From Treponema sp. (GTDB lineage: Bacteria; Spirochaetota; Spirochaetia; Treponematales; Treponemataceae): a stretch of 64,000 nt of DNA. The position numbers and the translations under genes were made by a program. The notes beneath the pieces were generated by a model. It had not been told where the DNA came from and searched no databases. It saw only the letters and a list, made by a program, of their open reading frames with translations. The DNA is taken from contig JAEDFA010000003.1 of the NCBI GenBank assembly GCA_016293005.1, positions 3,150-67,149 of the forward strand, given 5' to 3'. Shown here in pieces: positions 28,601 to 36,260 of the stretch (within the stretch, counting starts at the first letter, position 1; each line of letters starts with the position of its first letter).

Positions 28601-30471
28601 GCGTTGCAAAAGCGGATGTAGAAATCAATTTTAAGGCAACAGACCAGAGTTCTAATTCTTCAGTTGAAAGAACAACTCAGACAACAGAAAATGCAAAAAC
28701 TTCTTATTACAAAGTTGATGTCGTTCCGTATATTACTTCTGTTTCAAGAAATGTAACCAAGAACAACCGTGCAAGGTCTGGCGCAATTCCTCTTTTAAGA
28801 GATGATACAACTTCAGAAACTGGAAACTTCATAACCGGCTTTAACCTTGGAACAAGTATTGCTTCAGATCAGACTGAGCTTTTTGGAGTTTCTGACAGTG
28901 CAAAAGGTGAAACGCTTGCAATAAACTTTAGCAATACAAATGTTTCTGTTGCAAATTCAAAAATTACATTCAGAGTAAGAAGCGGAACAAAAGACGGTTA
29001 TGTTTCAATAAAAGTAAACGGAATACTTAACTTGAACAACATAAATGACAATTCTGCTGAATACAACAAGGAAAACATCGAAAATCAGTGGTTTACAAAC
29101 GAATGGACAGACGACCGTTTTGTAAGAATCTGGGAGGATAAAGATACATTTGGAAACGAAGAACTTGCAAAAGATATTGCATACCCTGCAATGGCAATGG
29201 ATGAAGACGGAGTTTTGTATTCGTCGTTTACAAACTACACAACACACAGCGTTTATTATGCAAAAATAAATGATAATTCTCCACAAGCAGTATTTAAGGG
29301 ATATGATGCACCGGAAGAAACTACAATTTCTGTAAAAGGTTCTGGTTCTTCTGCAGTTGTAAATGTTGGTTATATGGGAAATTATCAGTCAAGCGGTGTA
29401 CCGGAAAATTGGAATCCAAAATTGAGTGCTGCAGGTGGTTATCATGTATATGATCCAAATACTGGTATTAAATATAACGGTTATCGTTTATTTAGATTTG
29501 AACAGCTTTTCCATAATCAGAAATTCCAGCAGTTCCAGAATTTCAGACTTGTAAGAAAAAGTTCGGATGCTGATTCTAATATTCATACTGCATATTATGA
29601 TAAGTCAACTGCTTCAATTCATTATTCTGTAGCAGTTGCAGATACAACTCTAGATAAAGACAACGCTAATGGTAATAACCAGTCAGAATTCTGCTGGGTA
29701 AATATTGACGGAGGCTTTGACAAAGATGATACAATTGATTTTACAACGTATACATATAAGGCACCAAATGATACAAAAAATACTTATACAATAAGTTCAG
29801 ATGGTCCTATGAAAAATATTGTTCTTTCTAATTCTGTGTTTGAAGATGGTATGGAGCGGGCAAGTTCAACAAGTCAGTTTGTCGGAATTGATTTAAATAA
29901 TCGTGGATTCCCGGTTATCGTTTATTTTGCAGACGACTGTATTCGTGTTGCCCGGGCAAATGCTGATTATCCAAAAGGAAAGGAGTCTTACTGGAAGGTT
30001 CAGAGGGCGGTTACAAAAAACTACAGTATGAATTATGTAACTTATGTCGACTGCGAGGTTGATTCATCTGGATATCTTCACATTGTATTTGTAAATACTT
30101 CAGGAGAACTTGTATATATTAAATCTACAAACAATCCGTCAGATGGTTCAAGGTATACTTTTGCTGAGCCTGAAGTTGTTACAGACGGAAGTCCTTCGTG
30201 CATTGACATCACGACAAGAGGAGAAACGCCGTACATCGCATGTATTTCTTCGATAAATGCAGTTGACGGGCTTACAATGGCGTTTAAATCAGGCGGAAAA
30301 TGGGAAGTTATGAAAAGTCCTCTTGTTCACACCGTAGCTCAGAACCGAGCATGTATTGAAGCGCATCCAACTCCAGCAACAGGCTGGGGTGAAGCGGCTG
30401 TAGGTTATTACAGTAATCAGGATCAAAGATACCACGCTGCTTACTACATTGGAAACGGAAAAGGACACTGA
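19633..30471 (+). CDS. Giant surface lipoprotein with tandem bacterial Ig-like domains (putative adhesin), about 3,612 aa
   Basis: Basic N-terminus, hydrophobic core and FSIFS-C lipobox; recurrent DxxxP linkers and D[KR]AG[NRQL] motifs; GAGG RBS favours ATG 19633 over 19621. Confidence 0.85.
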   Translation: MIIKRRKTTLYIFSLAFLFSIFSCDVGLGEAVDTEPPSVEISAPLANDKIRGTFTMSGICSDEQGVKSVEIQFSSIDDSTGIVSYYPSENKFFKASLKEDNTKWECVIDPQKNKIPDGSYEASVVVIDKAGRNSKQKKSFSIDNTPPLVVLTRPSAKKTDVNPDSYGQKFIIEGQASDDSGIDLLEVEIYSKEENPKLLKTVQLKNVPLSININVAEFKDEIYTEIYGDNIEEGKKDYFCKIKAYDGTKKVPALSDDDKKGNLADSYYLYNDIYSSVLSKYKINEVYQILSGTYKETENRGGEAESEKSVFETVKENLSKNKIDSGFFSLNPRNNPSYILSGYESLLCDGKDFSELKYHIPNGTKIAVRLQSGLDNTPLIDDTLGVSCYECDDYAKILDEEAEIVLVPALKDKDGNVLLTDENAISERAAAISAIGSTARNISFSLDKSSGKLKIGRKYIIKAVGFDENKNEPFVEEPYGFMLVSNGASPKISVEEPADSVLNLKKGSSFKIKGSSYHDEGVPEVIIKANDKIIYSSETTSFEKQVNVSDIVKDENVSREYSVYVYSSYNEMESTYKEKTVFYDVDAPKISINSVIPLVEDSERKNNVNGIVSVRGSIVDSFTSVVPESAKYEVYDNGQKVESLSGKIENPLNFYFTVDTSSLTDETDLDVRILAEDKAGNLAVYNLKDDSYFINQKTDKPVITCNSFGEKAFVRGSSYSGFIQDDDSIDSVEFNLYYTDSSGNKGELYKGAPLKTVNNINSTQYNFSVNLPDSVNDFILEIIATDVKSDGSLPVTNEPYEHKFRIAGDAPVLEVDDPKVMRYITTEENLSGSKTITFTGKISGESNSLNQLKIQVLQGNDLDSAVVLIDSLWKADSDYDGTETDWEGTADISKVLNNKNEGEYRLYLKAVDANGISSSKEIKLTVDNTEPTLTVTKSSTEEDGTIYIGKVSEFKIAGNASDTNYSFVEYSYDKTSWESFSENAAWTFVYTPDETEEITVIFRSVDKAGNRSQTIEKKIVTIQNEPSISEIKVFAREGEKEISLQNGTYYLNKDFKIKGNVSYKYLKSFKCGEDEISLNENSFEYNPSDNKKGLYELRITDKAGQSCISTVNVFYDEKEPEVEFTVSPVVERNQKKNLINGEITVSGTASDKEDKVSFTKLILNDEEVTDSSGNPLSDKGVTKSVYSDNGMRFTYKIDTTKYDKNNLKIEIFSQDRAGNQIKKSETYYVDQETDKPVISSSTLNFEAKEAKDNKFGIEGKNITITAEDDDGVNSIDYIIKDSSLNKVGGDTISAENKTLITKTIVLPNDIVTGKYTIQFTVKDKNEPSVICETKEIPFAYDNDYPVIKDIKIGARTYEASMFVKKDDKLSLKAQDKAGIDKVQVVIKKDGSENTITLVKNQDNQDVYETEKNIELGSADGEYEAEISAYDIFGRSQTTSLSFKIDTVPPEWKENKGTSENPNLVNSYTVIQGGSKTVNQSQLNDSFWFNQTAITLSGSAYDKNGIDKYSLKITNSENPNPKPVEISGSSSYKITSDLYKQGSNTAHLTVYDKAGNSSQKTISIQVDSVSPSVTNATLKNSSNGKLITKANSVLLTVETQDDTSGVEKILVSASPDFSSSKEYDVSSITNNEVSFEIKSLSEGLKTLYVKAIDKAGLDSEVKTVSGLEIDRTAPTVLYKTYSTGTPTVNKTIKFEGTLSDEHLGSSPSVELYYKKKSDLSWTKFGANPSYTKTDEKSGSWEISVDTDTTQFTDNSEYSFQIRSKDLAENQITDSASYVTVKILQDSDVPVIKLNSITTDGKARLNTGTISGTVEDDDGILNMHIQLVSSEGTLNENNWTPLTVENGSWSYEIPKSGNPSTPDGTYTLYFKVVDKENTTFETGKTSSPYISDTSGESSKVTNSVSFSVDTTKPKILEVNVSFNGGETSSVISNNQIFGGKKYSSASFTVNASDTVSKREKLSVKLNIDTIEESLSYDSNNDVYTCSVDLTNSSMNGNYSLIVTAEDEAKMTDTFQKSIIIDNTAPDTIRNVVPKQNAEVTGEFSMTGLIQDDETNSGISEEEQDHLKYYIPKYAEKDTEPSENISWTDENLSQTSVSWSIDFANLSERLGYNISTSEISSEYSGFKDLSNSDLYNIPVWFRAVDKAGNIGYIKEGLYSGDTDSLKKPLKLKFNPNADKPRVEINYPVHDKTLNGFNYVVLGGNVRFSGSATDNEGIDSVYLQFDFDGSGNFDTSNQLYNNLGLSLVSIPNKSENGVKANGTVSWSYNLDISSLQNLSYETNEKVLRVRACAVDNDTVNGTLTSAWSEPVCISVNNSVPQIYIEKLRQYENASSSNVVKEIDFNDGDFISGENWFLEGYCEDPQKINIASSSVKGSTTEANFKVISDSEGNSDGKRVSFKIPVSSASGNWDVTLRVLDADSETPQSSERVYSLKIDNTKPAFKDGQNEDDLVLFKNGYGSDGTKIDNSGNYVQNSNGSIFTIASSVEEAGSGFKNAAVYFERSYKKEGKSRIFNVRKEYGDSRRENATEISSSKQEDSVYKNEENLPVLLKTVERSSVTTLSYDGLSSNHNIFKGSIVKLGGVYYKIINIEGNTATIDGNCDTSQTSAEFVYAMIVDNNDNGSGLSDDGDLMAESYSKAGSKWIWDCSVNSQNIPDGPIEIHVVVFDKAGNFKAGKVETRVTNNPVRITSVKLATDLNGNGTFDSTEYQDFYAIKNQEGIADTSKGVDIWNLSTKDELNSSKNWTVRERLSITPEFVGGTSPFYWKFSKGDVALSQPEQFTTSNSVKISNKQEFILDNTSLVAGDEYEGKDLYYRFSFYDSTEELESGKDTSWTVLNAKVKQELTDTVSPSIVVNPFYWESSSANSLYKNSKENGHIELEKHLKNGNFEESSGIYDKDPKLSGKVKIQGTVNDNKILKDIRVKIPGFTDSDDYILLAQYTKGSGWDCDKTESDVESSLNSKGFAFTVDSDEITQENGHTVTWTLIWDTSKISGVAKADVEINFKATDQSSNSSVERTTQTTENAKTSYYKVDVVPYITSVSRNVTKNNRARSGAIPLLRDDTTSETGNFITGFNLGTSIASDQTELFGVSDSAKGETLAINFSNTNVSVANSKITFRVRSGTKDGYVSIKVNGILNLNNINDNSAEYNKENIENQWFTNEWTDDRFVRIWEDKDTFGNEELAKDIAYPAMAMDEDGVLYSSFTNYTTHSVYYAKINDNSPQAVFKGYDAPEETTISVKGSGSSAVVNVGYMGNYQSSGVPENWNPKLSAAGGYHVYDPNTGIKYNGYRLFRFEQLFHNQKFQQFQNFRLVRKSSDADSNIHTAYYDKSTASIHYSVAVADTTLDKDNANGNNQSEFCWVNIDGGFDKDDTIDFTTYTYKAPNDTKNTYTISSDGPMKNIVLSNSVFEDGMERASSTSQFVGIDLNNRGFPVIVYFADDCIRVARANADYPKGKESYWKVQRAVTKNYSMNYVTYVDCEVDSSGYLHIVFVNTSGELVYIKSTNNPSDGSRYTFAEPEVVTDGSPSCIDITTRGETPYIACISSINAVDGLTMAFKSGGKWEVMKSPLVHTVAQNRACIEAHPTPATGWGEAAVGYYSNQDQRYHAAYYIGNGKGH
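20066..20074 (+). repeat. C9 homopolymer inside the giant lipoprotein gene
   Basis: AAC ACC CCC CCC CTT; longest G/C run I could find in the window. Confidence 0.95.
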
Positions 30472-30477
30472 TAGAGT

Positions 30478-30543
30478 AAAAATAAAGGGCTTTCAAATTA
30501 TTTGCAGAATGATAACGCTTTTTAGAAAGCCCTTTATTTTTTT
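30478..30543 (+). terminator. Intrinsic terminator of the giant lipoprotein gene
   Basis: AAAAATAAAGGGCTTTC ... GAAAGCCCTTTATTTTT perfect 17-bp arms, 30-nt loop, T tail. Confidence 0.7.
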
Positions 30544-30544
30544 G

Positions 30545-30573
30545 TTGAAAACTTAAAGGAATAATATTAAAAT
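30545..30573 (+). promoter_or_regulatory. sigma70-like promoter TTGAAA-N17-TAAAAT, 6 nt before apt ATG (leaderless candidate)
   Basis: Motif spacing. Confidence 0.6.
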
Positions 30574-30579
30574 CTAATT

Positions 30580-31113
30580 ATGGACGATATAAAAATTATT
30601 GACGATGCAATCAGAAGAGTACCTGATTTTCCAAAACCAGGCATTCTTTTTTACGATATTACAGGAATTTTTTCCGAGCCAAAAGCGTTTAAATTATGCC
30701 TTAATAAAATGTACGACATTTACAAAGGCAAAAATATTCAGGGCATTTGTGCTGTAGAAGCGCGCGGTTTTATTTTTGCCTCTCCGCTTGCCGAAAAATT
30801 AAATCTTCCGCTCATTTTAATAAGAAAAAAAGGCAAACTTCCCGGAGAAACTTATTCCTGCAAATATGGGCTTGAATACGGCACAAGTGAAATCGAAGTT
30901 CAAAAATCAGACATTAAAAAAGGATTTAATTATCTTGTCGTTGACGATTTAATCGCAACCGGCGGAACTTTATCTGCTGCAAAAAATCTTATTGAGATGG
31001 GTGGCGCCAGGGTAACAGAATTTTTTGGAGTCATTGGTCTTCCGTTTTTAAATTATGAAAAGAACCTTTCTCCAGTTCCGTGCACAACGCTGATTAATTT
31101 TAATTCAGAGTAG
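30580..31113 (+). CDS. apt: Adenine phosphoribosyltransferase
   Basis: PDFPKPGILFYDI, EARGF, RKKGKLP, VDDLIATGGT. Confidence 0.97.
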   Translation: MDDIKIIDDAIRRVPDFPKPGILFYDITGIFSEPKAFKLCLNKMYDIYKGKNIQGICAVEARGFIFASPLAEKLNLPLILIRKKGKLPGETYSCKYGLEYGTSEIEVQKSDIKKGFNYLVVDDLIATGGTLSAAKNLIEMGGARVTEFFGVIGLPFLNYEKNLSPVPCTTLINFNSE

Positions 31114-31153
31114 TTTCAAATATTGTTTTTAAAGTATAATTTTGGGAGTCATT

Positions 31154-32173
31154 ATGTTTAAATATAAACCTATTCTTTCTGTTTCAGAAACTGAACACGC
31201 AATTGTTTCTATAAAAGATTTTTTTCAGCTCGCTCTTTCAACTGAATTAAATTTAACTCGTGTTACCGCTCCGCTTTTTGTAGAGGCAGGTAAAGGTATA
31301 AACGACGATTTAAACGGAGTAGAGCGACCTGTTTCGTTTCCTGTAAAAGATATGAACGAACGCAAAATGGAAATCGTTCAGTCGCTTGCAAAATGGAAGC
31401 GTCTTAAAGTCACAGAACTAGGCTTAAAACCTGGATTCGGGCTTTATACAGACATGAACGCAATCCGCCCGGATGAAGAACTTGATGCAATTCATTCCCT
31501 TTATGTTGACCAGTGGGACTGGTGTATGGCAATCGATGAAAAAGACAGAACAGTTTTTCATCTTTTTGAAGTCGTAAAAAAAGTTTACCGCTGCATTAAA
31601 CGAACAGAATTTTTCCTTTACGACAGATATTCTTCTCTTACTCCTGTTCTTCCAGATGAAATAAAACTTGTTTTTTCTGACGATTTATTAAAACTTTATC
31701 CAAAAATGACGCCAAAAGAGCGTGAAAATGCTATTGCAAAAAAATATGGCGCAGTTTTTGTTGCTGGTATCGGTGCAAAACTTCCGGACGGCACAATTCA
31801 CGATGGAAGAGCGCCGGACTATGACGACTGGATTACAGAATCTGGTGACGGTCATGTAGGATTAAACGGCGATATAATCGTATGGAATTCAGTTTTGGGA
31901 AGGGCATTTGAACTTTCTTCTATGGGAATAAGAGTAAATCCTGAAAGCCTTAGAAAACAGCTTAAAGAACGCGGCTGTGAAGAAAGAGCCTCTCTTGATT
32001 TTCATTCGCGCCTTTTAAATGGAGAATTAACTCAGACTCTAGGCGGCGGAATCGGTCAGTCACGGCTTTGTATGTTCCTTCTTAGAAAAGCGCACATTGG
32101 TGAAACGCAGGTAAGCCAGTGGCCTGAATCAATCCGTGAGGACTGCAAAAAGAAAGGAATTCCTCTTTTATAA
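31154..32173 (+). CDS. asnA: Aspartate-ammonia ligase (asparagine synthetase A)
   Basis: SLAKWKR, HSLYVDQWDW, HDGRAPDYDDW, ELSSMGIRV, GGGIGQSRL. Confidence 0.96.
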   Translation: MFKYKPILSVSETEHAIVSIKDFFQLALSTELNLTRVTAPLFVEAGKGINDDLNGVERPVSFPVKDMNERKMEIVQSLAKWKRLKVTELGLKPGFGLYTDMNAIRPDEELDAIHSLYVDQWDWCMAIDEKDRTVFHLFEVVKKVYRCIKRTEFFLYDRYSSLTPVLPDEIKLVFSDDLLKLYPKMTPKERENAIAKKYGAVFVAGIGAKLPDGTIHDGRAPDYDDWITESGDGHVGLNGDIIVWNSVLGRAFELSSMGIRVNPESLRKQLKERGCEERASLDFHSRLLNGELTQTLGGGIGQSRLCMFLLRKAHIGETQVSQWPESIREDCKKKGIPLL

Positions 32174-32176
32174 TTT

Positions 32177-33157
32177 ATGAAAACCGAATATAAATTTGCT
32201 TTAGATGACCTTGAAAAAAGCCTGAAAGATTTTTCTAAAAATAAAATCACGGAACTGACTGTTCAGGATGAAAATTTTGCAAAAGACAAAAAGAAAATAC
32301 TTCATTTTTTAAAAAAGGTTTCATCTGATGCGCCAGATTTATTTGTTTCTTTTAAAATTTTTCCTGAGTGCATTGATTCTGAAATTCTAGATGAATGTCA
32401 GAATGTAAACTGTTCTCTTGAAATTCCGCTTTTTTTCAACGACAAAAAAACAGAAAAATTTATTTCAAAAAAGGTGAATCTTTTAAATAATTCTGGCGTC
32501 GTATTCGGTTTTGATTTGACTTTTGCAGAAAAACCTTCTGATTCATTAAAGGCATTTAAAGAAAGGCTTGATTTTGCCGTAGAATCTTTTTCAAATCATA
32601 TCGATTTTCCGCAGACTGAAAGCGCAGAACTTTTTGAAACTTCTCGTGTTTCCTCGTCATTTAGTGCCTGTGACATTCGCCTTGCAAGAAACATTTCTTT
32701 TGCGGCGAGGACTTTTTATTCTTCAGGTCGTGCTGTCAGCTGGTTTAACTATGTTTTAAAACCGTTAAGGATAAGACCTTCTGCATTCTTTCAGGACTTT
32801 TTTGAATGGCAAAAATGCAATAACTGTGATTTTAAAAGCGGTTTTGTTCCTGAAAGTGCCATGCATCAGGAAATTGAAAAAATGCAGCTTTTATTTCTTC
32901 AGTTAAAATACGAAGAAAAAGGTCTAGCACACATTTTTTCTGCTGTAAACGATATTGTTTCATTAAACGGCGCGTTTTCCCGTCTTTCTGGCGAAAATAT
33001 TTCAACTGTAATAGAAACTGAATATAATCCTGAAGATTTGCTTGGACCTGAAATTATGGATTTAAAGGCGTTTTCAAGTGATGTCTGCATGGAACATTCT
33101 GTAGTTCAGGTTTATTTCAACGAGTACGGTGAGCCTGATTTTAAAATTCTCTCTTAA
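32177..33157 (+). CDS. Hypothetical protein, possibly a degenerate radical-SAM-like barrel
   Basis: 326-aa ORF; weak resemblance to the post-cluster part of B12-binding radical SAM proteins; no CxxxCxxC. Confidence 0.55.
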   Translation: MKTEYKFALDDLEKSLKDFSKNKITELTVQDENFAKDKKKILHFLKKVSSDAPDLFVSFKIFPECIDSEILDECQNVNCSLEIPLFFNDKKTEKFISKKVNLLNNSGVVFGFDLTFAEKPSDSLKAFKERLDFAVESFSNHIDFPQTESAELFETSRVSSSFSACDIRLARNISFAARTFYSSGRAVSWFNYVLKPLRIRPSAFFQDFFEWQKCNNCDFKSGFVPESAMHQEIEKMQLLFLQLKYEEKGLAHIFSAVNDIVSLNGAFSRLSGENISTVIETEYNPEDLLGPEIMDLKAFSSDVCMEHSVVQVYFNEYGEPDFKILS

Positions 33158-33162
33158 AAAAT

Positions 33163-34146
33163 ATGATTTTAAAATTTAAAACTACAACAAAAATAAGATT
33201 AGACAGTTTTTTGCGCCTTGAACTTCCCAAAAAATTCCCGGATAAAATTCTTTCAAATTCAAAAATACGGCGGCTTATAATTTCACAAGGCGTAAGCGTT
33301 AATAATGTAAAAATTCTTCGTCCTGCGTTTGTTCTTTTAAAAGGAAGCGTTGTTGAAGTCGATTTTCAGAGCGAAAAATTCTTTTTTGAAAAAACTCCTG
33401 ATGACATAAAATTTGACCTTACGCTTGAAAATGTTCTTTTTGAGGACGATTATTTTATCATTGTAAATAAACCTGCGTTTTTTCCGACTGAAGAAACGAT
33501 TGTTGGAAGTGAAAAAAGGGATAGCCTTCACAATTCTGTAATCCGCTATCTGTGGAATAAAAATCCTTCGCTTAAAAATCCTCCCTACGCGGGAATAATG
33601 CACAGGCTTGATCGGGAAACGAGTGGAATAATTCTTTTTACAAAAAAGCGTGAAGTTAATAAAGCGGTTTCCCAGATGTTTTTAAATCACGATTTTCTAA
33701 AAGTCTACACATCTTTATCAACTTATGATGAAAAATTAAATCATTTGAAAAATGTCAATTCTGATTCTAAAAATTTTTCTCTTGAACTTACAATGAACCG
33801 GATTTCCTCTAAATCTCAGAGGGGAAAATGGGGTTTTGTGCCACAGGAAAAAGGCGGACTTTATTCTAAAACTGAATTTACCGTAAAGAATGAATTTTTA
33901 ATCGGGCAAAAAAAAGTTTATCAAATTGAATCAAAACTTTTTACAGGAAGAACTCACCAGATTCGCTTTCATTTAAGTTATTCAGGTTTTCCGATTTTAG
34001 GAGATGAACTTTACGGGGGAATAAAAGATTCAAGAATCATGCTTCATTCTTCGCTTTTTGAATTTATTCATCCTGTTACAAAAGAAAAAATTCATATTGA
34101 ATCAAAACCTGATTTTTTAAATCAAAAATGCAACTTTCTTTCTTGA
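33163..34146 (+). CDS. RluA-family pseudouridine synthase with S4-like N-terminus
   Basis: VNKP, HRLDRETSG, TGRTHQIR, PILGDELYG. Confidence 0.93.
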   Translation: MILKFKTTTKIRLDSFLRLELPKKFPDKILSNSKIRRLIISQGVSVNNVKILRPAFVLLKGSVVEVDFQSEKFFFEKTPDDIKFDLTLENVLFEDDYFIIVNKPAFFPTEETIVGSEKRDSLHNSVIRYLWNKNPSLKNPPYAGIMHRLDRETSGIILFTKKREVNKAVSQMFLNHDFLKVYTSLSTYDEKLNHLKNVNSDSKNFSLELTMNRISSKSQRGKWGFVPQEKGGLYSKTEFTVKNEFLIGQKKVYQIESKLFTGRTHQIRFHLSYSGFPILGDELYGGIKDSRIMLHSSLFEFIHPVTKEKIHIESKPDFLNQKCNFLS

Positions 34147-34204
34147 TTTTTGTCTAAAGATAAAAGCATTTAAAAAGTGCTAAAAAAAATCTTACGAGGT
34201 TATT

Positions 34205-34912
34205 ATGAAAAACGGAATAAATAAAATTTCAGCATACGGAGATTCAATTTTAAAAGGTGCTGTTACAGGAACAGACAGCGGTCATCTTTTTGACATTATC
34301 GAAGATTCAAGTCTTGTGCTTGCTTCAAAGGCACTCGGTTTTGAGCTTAACAATCAGAGCGTGTTCGGTTCAATTGTTTCAAAAACTCAGCGAAGGTTGA
34401 ATCGTGATATTGAAAAAGGCATTTTTTCTGATCTTGCAATTATTGAAAGCGGTGGAAACGATTGCGACTACGACTGGACTCAGGTTTCATCATCTCCTGA
34501 TGAAAAACATCTTCCGCGAACGACTCTTGAAGATTTCATTCAAAAAATCTCAGAAATGGTCGATGTTTGCAGAAAAAATAAAATTACGCCTTTAATAATG
34601 ACGATGCCTCCTTTAGTAAGAGACAGATGGTATAATCATATTCTTCATGGTCAGGATGAAAATGCAGTTTTAAAAATTTTGAATGACAATCCTGACAGGC
34701 TTTACCAGAATCATGAATTATACAATATTTCGCTCGTTGAATACGCTTTTAAAAATTCAGTTCAAATTGTCGATATGCGAAAAGAAATGCTTTTGTCAGA
34801 AAACTACAGAAATTTAATGTGTCTTGACGGAATTCATCCTAATGAAAAAGGCTACAAATTTATGTCTGAAATCTGGATAAGAGAACTTCCTGAAGTTCAA
34901 AAAGAATTTTAA
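34205..34912 (+). CDS. SGNH/GDSL hydrolase
   Basis: GDS, GGND, DGIHPN blocks. Confidence 0.9.
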   Translation: MKNGINKISAYGDSILKGAVTGTDSGHLFDIIEDSSLVLASKALGFELNNQSVFGSIVSKTQRRLNRDIEKGIFSDLAIIESGGNDCDYDWTQVSSSPDEKHLPRTTLEDFIQKISEMVDVCRKNKITPLIMTMPPLVRDRWYNHILHGQDENAVLKILNDNPDRLYQNHELYNISLVEYAFKNSVQIVDMRKEMLLSENYRNLMCLDGIHPNEKGYKFMSEIWIRELPEVQKEF

Positions 34913-35015
34913 TTTTTTTTCTGTGAAAAATTTAAGTTTAACAGAAAAAAGTTTTATATTTACCAAAGTCTTTTTTTTGATTAAAATGAATTAAAATTGA
35001 TTTTTGGAAAAAAGA

Positions 35016-36257
35016 ATGAAAGACTTTGGTAAAATTTTTTTAAAGCCTAAAGAAGAAACAGAAATTAAACAGGGCTTTCCGTGGGTTTTCGATAACGAAA
35101 TTTTCAGCGTTAAATATGAAAAATCTTCTGCGATAAAATATTCAGAATGTACTATAAAAGACGGAAGTGCCGTTGAAGTTTTTTCAAAAGATGGAGCGTT
35201 TTTAGGCTCTGGAATTTTAAATAAAAAATCAAAAATTGCAGTCAGAATCATAAGTGAAAAGCACTGCGACGAAATTTTTTCAGATTTAAACGGTTTTTGG
35301 GAAAAGCGCATTCTTGATTCTTATAATATTCGCCGTCTTCTTTTTTCTGAAAACGATTCTTTCAGGCTTGTTTTTGCAGAAGCTGATTTAATTCCGGGTT
35401 TCATCTGTGAAAGATATGTTGATGAAAACAATAAAGTTATTCTTGTCACACAATTTCTTTCTCTTTCCTGTGAAATTTTCAAAGAACATATTTATTCAGC
35501 GTTGAAAAAAATCGTGAAGCCGGATTACATCTACGAAAAAAGCGATGAGAGTGTTCGTGAAAAAGAAGGACTTCCAATGGTTTCTACCTGGATTGGAAAA
35601 AGTTATACAGATGTAATTACAATTATTGAAAACGGAATAAAAATCAATGTAGATATCGTAAACGGTCAGAAAACAGGATATTTCCTTGATCAGAAAGAAA
35701 ACCGTTTTGAAATCAGAAAATTTTGCCACGGAAAAAAGGTTCTTGACACTTTTACACACACAGGTGCATTTTCTTTAAATGCTTTTAAAGCCGGTGCAAA
35801 AAAAGTCATCGCTGTAGATATTTCAGAAGATGCCTGTAATCTTGTAAAAAAGAATATAAAGTTAAACGGTGCAGAGAATGTTGTTCAGGTTGTATGCGAA
35901 GATGTTTTTTCACTTTTAAAAGAATATGAGTCTTCCGGTGAAAAATTTGATGTTGTAATTCTTGACCCGCCGGCATTTACAAAAAGCGCAAAATCAATCG
36001 AAAAAGCGTACGGTGGTTATAAAGAAATAAATCTTCGCGCGATGCGTATTTTAAATGAAGGCGGAATTCTTGTTACATGTTCGTGTTCGCATTTTTTTGA
36101 TTCAAAAATTTTTTATGAAATGCTTGTACACGCTGCAAAAGATTCCCACAAAAAAGTTCAGATTCTTCAAAAAAGGGGAGCAGCCCCAGATCATCCGTGC
36201 CTTTTAGGTTATCCTAAATCTGAATATTTAAAATGCGCTGTATGCAGGGTGTTTTAA
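35016..36257 (+). CDS. RlmI-family SAM-dependent rRNA methyltransferase
   Basis: PUA-like start (PWVFDNEI), GQKTGYFLDQ, DPPAF, TCSCS. Confidence 0.9.
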   Translation: MKDFGKIFLKPKEETEIKQGFPWVFDNEIFSVKYEKSSAIKYSECTIKDGSAVEVFSKDGAFLGSGILNKKSKIAVRIISEKHCDEIFSDLNGFWEKRILDSYNIRRLLFSENDSFRLVFAEADLIPGFICERYVDENNKVILVTQFLSLSCEIFKEHIYSALKKIVKPDYIYEKSDESVREKEGLPMVSTWIGKSYTDVITIIENGIKINVDIVNGQKTGYFLDQKENRFEIRKFCHGKKVLDTFTHTGAFSLNAFKAGAKKVIAVDISEDACNLVKKNIKLNGAENVVQVVCEDVFSLLKEYESSGEKFDVVILDPPAFTKSAKSIEKAYGGYKEINLRAMRILNEGGILVTCSCSHFFDSKIFYEMLVHAAKDSHKKVQILQKRGAAPDHPCLLGYPKSEYLKCAVCRVF

Positions 36258-36260
36258 TTT

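Noticed and set aside
29100..30471. Giant-gene C-terminus as a diversity-generating-retroelement target
   Set aside because: No reverse transcriptase or template repeat seen in the window; cannot be excluded elsewhere in the genome
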